Part shown: piece after piece, positions 58,920-64,000 of the stretch
How positions within the stretch are numbered: the first letter of the stretch is position 1
Layout: every line of letters begins with the position of its first letter
DNA from: Candidatus Deferrimicrobiaceae bacterium
Lineage (GTDB): Bacteria; Desulfobacterota; Deferrimicrobia; Deferrimicrobiales; Deferrimicrobiaceae
Direction: 5' to 3'
Assembly (NCBI GenBank): GCA_036504035.1
Contig: DASXVV010000013.1
Span: forward strand, 13,302 to 77,301
Length of the DNA stretch: 64,000 nucleotides
The notes under the pieces: model-generated
Databases searched by the model: none
What the model saw: only the letters and a program-made list of their open reading frames with translations
Told to the model about the DNA's origin: nothing
Made by a program: the position numbers and the translations under genes

Positions 58920-60236
58920 ATGGTTCGCCGCGTATTCATCGAGACCTTCGGTTGCCAGATGAACGAAGTCGATTCGGGTCGGATGCTTTCCCTTCTCGGC
59001 GAGCTTTCTTATCAGCCGACCTCTTCACGCGATGAGGCCGATCTTATCCTCCTCAACACCTGCAGCATTCGAGAGAAAGCGGCCCACAAGGTCTACAGCA
59101 CGCTAGGCGCCTTGCGAGGCTGGAAATATGGCCGGAAGGGGCGTCTCCTGGCGGTCGGTGGCTGCCTCGCGCAACAGGCGGGGGAAGAAATCCGGAAACG
59201 CGCCCCGCACGTCGACATCGTCTTCGGAACCCACAACATCGCATCGCTACCCGAGATGGTCCGGAACGCCGAACTGCGTCGGAAAAAGACGGTGTCCGTC
59301 GAGATGACGGGAGAAACGGGGCACTGGGATATCTTGCCCTACGTCCCCGAAGGCGCCGTCAGCGCGATGGTCACGATCATGCAGGGGTGTGACAACTATT
59401 GCGCCTATTGCGTCGTCCCGTACGTTCGCGGACCCGAGATCAGCCGGCCGGCCGAAGAGATCGTCACCGAAATTCGCGGACTGGCCGAGCGGGGCGTCCA
59501 CGAAGTGGTGCTGCTGGGCCAGAACGTCAACTCCTACGGCAAGAAAGAAGGGGAGATCGCATTTCCCCAGTTGCTTCTCCGGATCGCGGCGATCGACGGC
59601 ATCGACCGGATCCGCTTCATCACCTCCCACCCGCGTGACCTGGATTCCCGCACCATCGGGATGTTCAACGAGATCGAGAAGCTTTGCCCGCACATTCACC
59701 TCCCCATGCAGTCCGGGTCCGACCGGATCCTCGAATCGATGGGGCGCGGGTACACGCGTGCCGACTATCTGTCGAAGGTCGATGCCTTGAAGCGGGCCCG
59801 CCCCGGGATCGCATTCTCGACGGATTTCATCGTCGGATTCCCTGGGGAAACGGAAGACGATTTCCTGCGGACCCTTGAGGTCATGGATGTGGTTCGATAC
59901 GACTATTGCTTCTCCTTCAAATATTCTCCGAGGGCCGGGACCGCTGCCGCGTCGATGACCGGCATGGTGCCGACACCGGTAGCCGACGATCGCCTGCAAC
60001 GCCTTCTGACGCTGCAGGCCACGCACACCGCCGCGCGCCTTCAGGATATGGTCGGGAAAACCGTCGACCTGCTCATCGAAAAGAGAAGCTCACGCGACGC
60101 CTCCCGCTTTTTCGGTCGAACCGGCTGCTACAAGGCGGTCAACTTTTCCTCGATCGACGGAAAGGGCGAAAGCCTTTTCGGGAGAATCCGGATCGAGAAG
60201 GCCGGCACCCATTCCCTTTCGGGCGTTGAGGTCTAG
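58920..60236 (+). CDS. miaB: tRNA-2-methylthio-N6-dimethylallyladenosine synthase
   Basis: UPF0004 N-terminal domain (FIETFGCQMNEVDS), radical SAM CDNYCAYC and a TRAM C-terminus. Confidence 0.93.
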   Translation: MVRRVFIETFGCQMNEVDSGRMLSLLGELSYQPTSSRDEADLILLNTCSIREKAAHKVYSTLGALRGWKYGRKGRLLAVGGCLAQQAGEEIRKRAPHVDIVFGTHNIASLPEMVRNAELRRKKTVSVEMTGETGHWDILPYVPEGAVSAMVTIMQGCDNYCAYCVVPYVRGPEISRPAEEIVTEIRGLAERGVHEVVLLGQNVNSYGKKEGEIAFPQLLLRIAAIDGIDRIRFITSHPRDLDSRTIGMFNEIEKLCPHIHLPMQSGSDRILESMGRGYTRADYLSKVDALKRARPGIAFSTDFIVGFPGETEDDFLRTLEVMDVVRYDYCFSFKYSPRAGTAAASMTGMVPTPVADDRLQRLLTLQATHTAARLQDMVGKTVDLLIEKRSSRDASRFFGRTGCYKAVNFSSIDGKGESLFGRIRIEKAGTHSLSGVEV

Positions 60237-60243
60237 ACCCGCC

Positions 60244-62073
60244 ATGGTCAATATCGCCAGAATCCTCGTTCTCCAGGAAGAGGACGAGTCGTCGCGCGAA
60301 TTCCAGATGATGGTCTACGATCGGCCGATAGAATTCGAATTTCGCCCGACGGGCCAGATGGGGCGTGGCGAGGGAATCGACATCTCCCGTTATTGCGCCG
60401 TGATCGCGCCCGTCGAATGCGCCGAAAGAAAAATTCTCGATGCCCTCGGAACCGATCCCAAGAACGGGCCGATGATCTTTCTCTATCGCGGCGAACCCCC
60501 CTTGCGCGAGGCGGCACGCTGGGTAGCCTGGACCAACCCGGCCGGCGAAGGGGAAAACCCGGCGCTGACCGATCGCCTGCTTTCGGAGAGCCTCGAGTAC
60601 TATTCGCTGGCCTCGCTATACCAACAATGCCTCAAGATCATGACGTCGCAGGACGACGACAAGGTGCTGGCCCAGATCACCGATACGTTCGTCCACGAGC
60701 TCGGGGCGGAAAGCTGCGTCATCTGGATGGTCTCCCCGGCCGATCCCGACGAGATGATGATCGCCTCGGTACGCGGCGCCATCAATATCGACAAGGAAGG
60801 GTCGCGCTTTTTCCTGTCGCAGTCCGACATTTCCGACCCGGTCTTGAGCGGGAAGCCTTTCCTCCACGCGTCGTCCGTTTACGTCCCGCTGATCCACCAG
60901 GAAAAGCCGATCGGCCTCGTCAAGCTCGGAGAGCGCCTCGACCGGAAGCCTTTCGAGGATCGGGATCTCTACGTGGCCCGCATCATCTCCGACTACGCCG
61001 CCTCCGCGCTCAAGATGGTCGAACGGCTTTTCCGGATGGAAAAGATCTCCCTGCGCGATCCCGAAACCCGCGCTTATTCCGCCGCATTCCTCGAGGATTA
61101 CCTGGAGAAGGAACGGTACAAGGCCGGCCGCTTCAGACGGCCGCTGTCCGTGATCTTCCTGGTGATCGACAATTTCCACTTCCTGATGGAAAAGACCCGC
61201 GAGAGTCTTCTGGTCGGGGCGCTGGGCGCCATCGTCGAGTCCATCCGAAAGGCGTTGCGCGATTCCGACCTGATCGCCCGCATCGAGCCCAACCGCTTCT
61301 GCATCGTGCTGCCGGAAACCGACGCCTTCGGGGCCGTCCTGACCGTTCGACGTCTTCGGAAAGCCGTTCGGGAACAAAGCCGGATCCAGTACCTGGGGAC
61401 CGAATTCAGGCTCCAGACGCTATTCCTCTCGGCCACCTATCCCCAGGAAGGCCGGGATTTCCCGGAGCTTCTCCAGGTCGTCGATGAGAAATACGGCCGC
61501 CTCCAGAAAAGCCCCCTCCATCGCCTTCACCTCAGCGACAAATCTTTCTGGGACGCGTTCGACGTTCTTGTCGGAAAGCCCGAGTACTACGATCAGCTTC
61601 GCAGGGGGGAGGAAGTCCCCTACTTCTCGCGGATCCGCAAGGACCTTGGGCGAAGCAGCCATTTTTGCATGCCGAGGGAATCTTTCTTGCGGATGGTCGA
61701 AGCGGTCGCGCAGGATGTCGTTTCCGCCCCCGCCGAGCGCGGCCTCGTGATCGCCGCCGGTCCGACGCCCGAGATCTACAAGCAGATATTCCTTTCGTTC
61801 GGCCCCGATGCGCCTTCGGGACGCAATATCTACCTCGTCGGCCAGTCGGGGTCCACCCGGTTCGATGCCCGCAATCTTCTTTATGTCACCACCGATGACG
61901 ACCACCTGCGCGACCGGGAGTTCCTGTTCTATCTCAAGGAAAACGGGGCGTATGGCTTGTTTGCATCGAATCGGAAAGACGAGGTTTGCGGTTTCAACAC
62001 CGCCGACGAGTGGCTGGTCGAGGCCATGATGGAAAAGGTCCAGGACATGTATCTGTTGCAGGGGAATTTCTAG
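60244..62073 (+). CDS. GAF + degenerate GGDEF (EPNRF, intact RxxD I-site) + C-terminal DICT-like domain protein
   Basis: RDSDLIARIEPNRFCIVLPETD aligns residue-for-residue with R-x-x-D-x5-GGDEF-xxxLPETD. The RxxD is at 61258-61269 and EPNRF at 61285-61299. A GAF-like region lies upstream. ATG 60244 preferred over TTG 60226. Confidence 0.75.
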   Translation: MVNIARILVLQEEDESSREFQMMVYDRPIEFEFRPTGQMGRGEGIDISRYCAVIAPVECAERKILDALGTDPKNGPMIFLYRGEPPLREAARWVAWTNPAGEGENPALTDRLLSESLEYYSLASLYQQCLKIMTSQDDDKVLAQITDTFVHELGAESCVIWMVSPADPDEMMIASVRGAINIDKEGSRFFLSQSDISDPVLSGKPFLHASSVYVPLIHQEKPIGLVKLGERLDRKPFEDRDLYVARIISDYAASALKMVERLFRMEKISLRDPETRAYSAAFLEDYLEKERYKAGRFRRPLSVIFLVIDNFHFLMEKTRESLLVGALGAIVESIRKALRDSDLIARIEPNRFCIVLPETDAFGAVLTVRRLRKAVREQSRIQYLGTEFRLQTLFLSATYPQEGRDFPELLQVVDEKYGRLQKSPLHRLHLSDKSFWDAFDVLVGKPEYYDQLRRGEEVPYFSRIRKDLGRSSHFCMPRESFLRMVEAVAQDVVSAPAERGLVIAAGPTPEIYKQIFLSFGPDAPSGRNIYLVGQSGSTRFDARNLLYVTTDDDHLRDREFLFYLKENGAYGLFASNRKDEVCGFNTADEWLVEAMMEKVQDMYLLQGNF

Positions 62074-62075
62074 AG

Positions 62076-63629
62076 ATGACCGGCCCGCAGGCATCCAAGC
62101 GTGTGTTGATTGCCGATCCCGTCGATGCGACCAGGCAGTCGCTGGCGCATTTCATGCGCGAGAAGGGTCTCGAAGTCTTCGAGTCGGCGGACGGCAGCAA
62201 GGCGCTGGCCGATACGTTGTTGCACCATCCCGACATCCTGATGCTCGACCTGTCCATCACCATCCTCGGGGCCGACCGCCTGGTCCAGATCCTGCGCAGC
62301 AACCCCAACACGAAGGGGATGCCCATCTTCTTTTTCAGCGACATGGAAAAGAGCGTCTCCGGCTTCCGGCCGGGGATAGACGAATTCATCCGTAAGCCGT
62401 ATCACGAAGACGAGGTGCTGCTGAGGTTGCAGCGATCGCTGTTCCAGGACCCGCTGTCCGAGGCGCTGACAGGCGATTCCGAGATCAGCGGGAATCTTGC
62501 CCAGATATACCTGCCCGATCTATGGCAGATGCTTTCGATGAACGGGAAGAGCGGGGTCATCCAGGTGGAAGGAGACCCCACCTCCGGTTCGATCTACATC
62601 GAGAAGGGCGAGATCGTCTCGGCTTCCACCCAGAATATCGTCGGCGAGAAAGCGCTGTTCCGCCTGGTCCCGTTGCGGGTAGGCAAGTTCCGGTTCATCC
62701 CGGGAAACATCGGTATCCGTCGGACCATATTCACGCCCAGCCAGCATGCGGTCCTCGAGGGGATGCGGCAGTACGACGAGCTCCAGAAGCTCGACCGCCC
62801 GAAGCCCGGAGACACCGTCGTCGTCTCCAAGGAGGCTCGCGAGATAGCTTCCGCCGGGGGCGCGGTCCGGGAAATCCTGCTGTTGGCCGAATTCTGCAAC
62901 CGCGTCGAGGATATCGTCAACAACTGCAACCTTCCCGATCTCGCCGTCTACGAGACGCTGCTCAATCTGAAGGCGCGGGGCGTACTCAAGATCGGTAATT
63001 TCCAGGCCAAGGCCAGCAAGAGCGAGTTCCTTCCCCCCGAAGACATGGCGCGCCTCCGCAACCGGCTCGAAGAGAAAGGGTCTTTCTCCGGTGGGGCCAA
63101 CGGGCGCATCGTCCTGTTTCTCCCCGATCCCCAGATGCTTGAATCGGTCGTCATGGCCTTGGGGAAATACCAGGAATTCGAAATCGACAATGTGTTTTTC
63201 TCCCTTCGGCGCAAGGAAGGCGATCCGATCGGCATGTTCGGGAAGATCCGCCTCAGCGAGGAAAGCGCGATATTCCTTTACGTGTTCCCGTACCTCCGGG
63301 CGACTTCGCCGCTCTGGTATTCCCTGGCGCCCAACCCGATCGGCATCGTCGCCTTCCTCAAGGACGAAGTGAGCAGCTCGCTCGAGGGCCTCATGGCCGT
63401 TTCCGACTACACACGGGGGGCCAAGGCCCGCGTCGTCATGGCGGTGATGGGCAAGACCTTCACGAATTTCGGTCTCGGGGAAAACACCTTGCGCCTGTTC
63501 CAGAACCGGATCGAAAAACTCGGATGCGCGCTCAAGGTCCAGGAGATGAAGCAGCTTTCCTCCGAGGAGATCCGGGAATCGCTCTCCGTCGTCGTGCAGC
63601 AATATCTCGAGCGGGAGGGGAAAAAATGA
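62076..63629 (+). CDS. Response-regulator receiver + DUF4388 (PATAN-like) + C-terminal P-loop-less GTPase-like domain protein
   Basis: Receiver: VLIADP...ILMLDLS...FFFSD...IRKPY. DUF4388: LAQIYLPDLWQMLSMNGKSGVIQVE...GEKALFRLVPLRVGKFRF. The C-terminal 200 aa has an MglA/Ras-like strand pattern but no GxxxxGK(S/T). Confidence 0.7.
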   Translation: MTGPQASKRVLIADPVDATRQSLAHFMREKGLEVFESADGSKALADTLLHHPDILMLDLSITILGADRLVQILRSNPNTKGMPIFFFSDMEKSVSGFRPGIDEFIRKPYHEDEVLLRLQRSLFQDPLSEALTGDSEISGNLAQIYLPDLWQMLSMNGKSGVIQVEGDPTSGSIYIEKGEIVSASTQNIVGEKALFRLVPLRVGKFRFIPGNIGIRRTIFTPSQHAVLEGMRQYDELQKLDRPKPGDTVVVSKEAREIASAGGAVREILLLAEFCNRVEDIVNNCNLPDLAVYETLLNLKARGVLKIGNFQAKASKSEFLPPEDMARLRNRLEEKGSFSGGANGRIVLFLPDPQMLESVVMALGKYQEFEIDNVFFSLRRKEGDPIGMFGKIRLSEESAIFLYVFPYLRATSPLWYSLAPNPIGIVAFLKDEVSSSLEGLMAVSDYTRGAKARVVMAVMGKTFTNFGLGENTLRLFQNRIEKLGCALKVQEMKQLSSEEIRESLSVVVQQYLEREGKK

Positions 63630-64000
63630 TCGATCTGCATATGCATTCCACGTTCAGCGATGGCGTGTTGATCCCGTCCGAGGTCGTTTCGCGGGCTCTT
63701 GCCGCCGGATATACGCATTTGGCGATCACCGACCATGCCGATCCGTCGAATATCGAGTTCCTGCTCGAGAGGATGTGCGATTTCTGCGCGCAGATCCGGG
63801 GAAAGGTGCGCGCCGAGGTCTATCCCGGCGTCGAAATTACCCATGTCCCGCCCGAGCAGATCGCCCCCCTGACCCTTCTCGCCCGACGAAAGGGAGCCCG
63901 CGTCGTCATCGTCCACGGCGAGACGATCGTCGAGCCGGTTCCGCCGGGGACCAACCTTGCGGCGATCAAGGCCGGTGTCGACATCCTGGCGCATCCGGGC
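63626..64000 (+). CDS. PHP-domain metal-dependent phosphoesterase (3' end outside window)
   Basis: My own translation reads MIDLHMHSTFSDGVLIPSEVV...AITDHAD...VVIVHGE...ILAHPG. DLHMHS..SDG is the PHP signature. ATGA overlap with the upstream gene. It is absent from the ORF track because no stop is reached. Confidence 0.8.
   Translation, partial: MIDLHMHSTFSDGVLIPSEVVSRALAAGYTHLAITDHADPSNIEFLLERMCDFCAQIRGKVRAEVYPGVEITHVPPEQIAPLTLLARRKGARVVIVHGETIVEPVPPGTNLAAIKAGVDILAHPG

Overview
GC-rich bacterial chromosomal window from a Gram-negative organism (LptD, ExbB/ExbD/TonB, signal peptidase I). I call 61 protein-coding genes, all on the + strand. By my calls only about 1 kb is non-coding, and 1-4 nt stop/start overlaps (ATGA, TTGA, GTGA) are very frequent. 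I recognised no rRNA, tRNA, CRISPR, IS/transposase, integrase or phage genes. Gene order: (1) tail of the alpha ribosomal operon (rpsK fragment, rpsD, rpoA, rplQ, terminator). (2) A Fur-box promoter followed by fur, feoB, a Cys-rich ORF and a DtxR/FeoA-type regulator. This runs without a break into a PEGA protein, a 12-heme cytochrome, exbB-exbD-tonB-like genes, a 7-heme anchored cytochrome, a diheme-b-type membrane cytochrome fused to TPR, a 3-heme anchored cytochrome, an NHL beta-propeller, DUF4177 and a 30-heme cytochrome. (3) ftsB-like gene and a GAF-GGDEF cyclase. (4) argS and a SPOR protein. (5) trpE-trpGD-trpC-trpB2-trpF-trpB-trpA. (6) accD-folC, lptD, rfbD plus an epimerase, lepA-lepB. 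(7) Attenuator leader, pyrR-pyrB-pyrC-carA, a radical SAM gene, carB. (8) recG. (9) hom-thrC-apgM-like. (10) Thioesterase, glpX, a four-subunit 2-oxoacid:ferredoxin oxidoreductase. (11) XRE-cupin regulator, cobO, B12-binding mutase subunit, meaB, miaB. (12) A degenerate-GGDEF protein, a receiver-DUF4388 protein and a PHP phosphoesterase truncated by the window end. The stand-out candidate for a new system is the roughly 14-kb iron-regulator / FeoB / TonB-motor / multiheme-cytochrome array at 2.4-16.6 kb, which carries 52 heme-attachment motifs. I interpret it as a possible iron-responsive, cytochrome-based reductive iron-acquisition or extracellular electron-transfer machine. The second candidate is the c-di-GMP-receptor-like / receiver-DUF4388 / PHP module at 60.2-64 kb. 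All functional calls rest on motifs I can read in the translations and on gene order. No database search was run.
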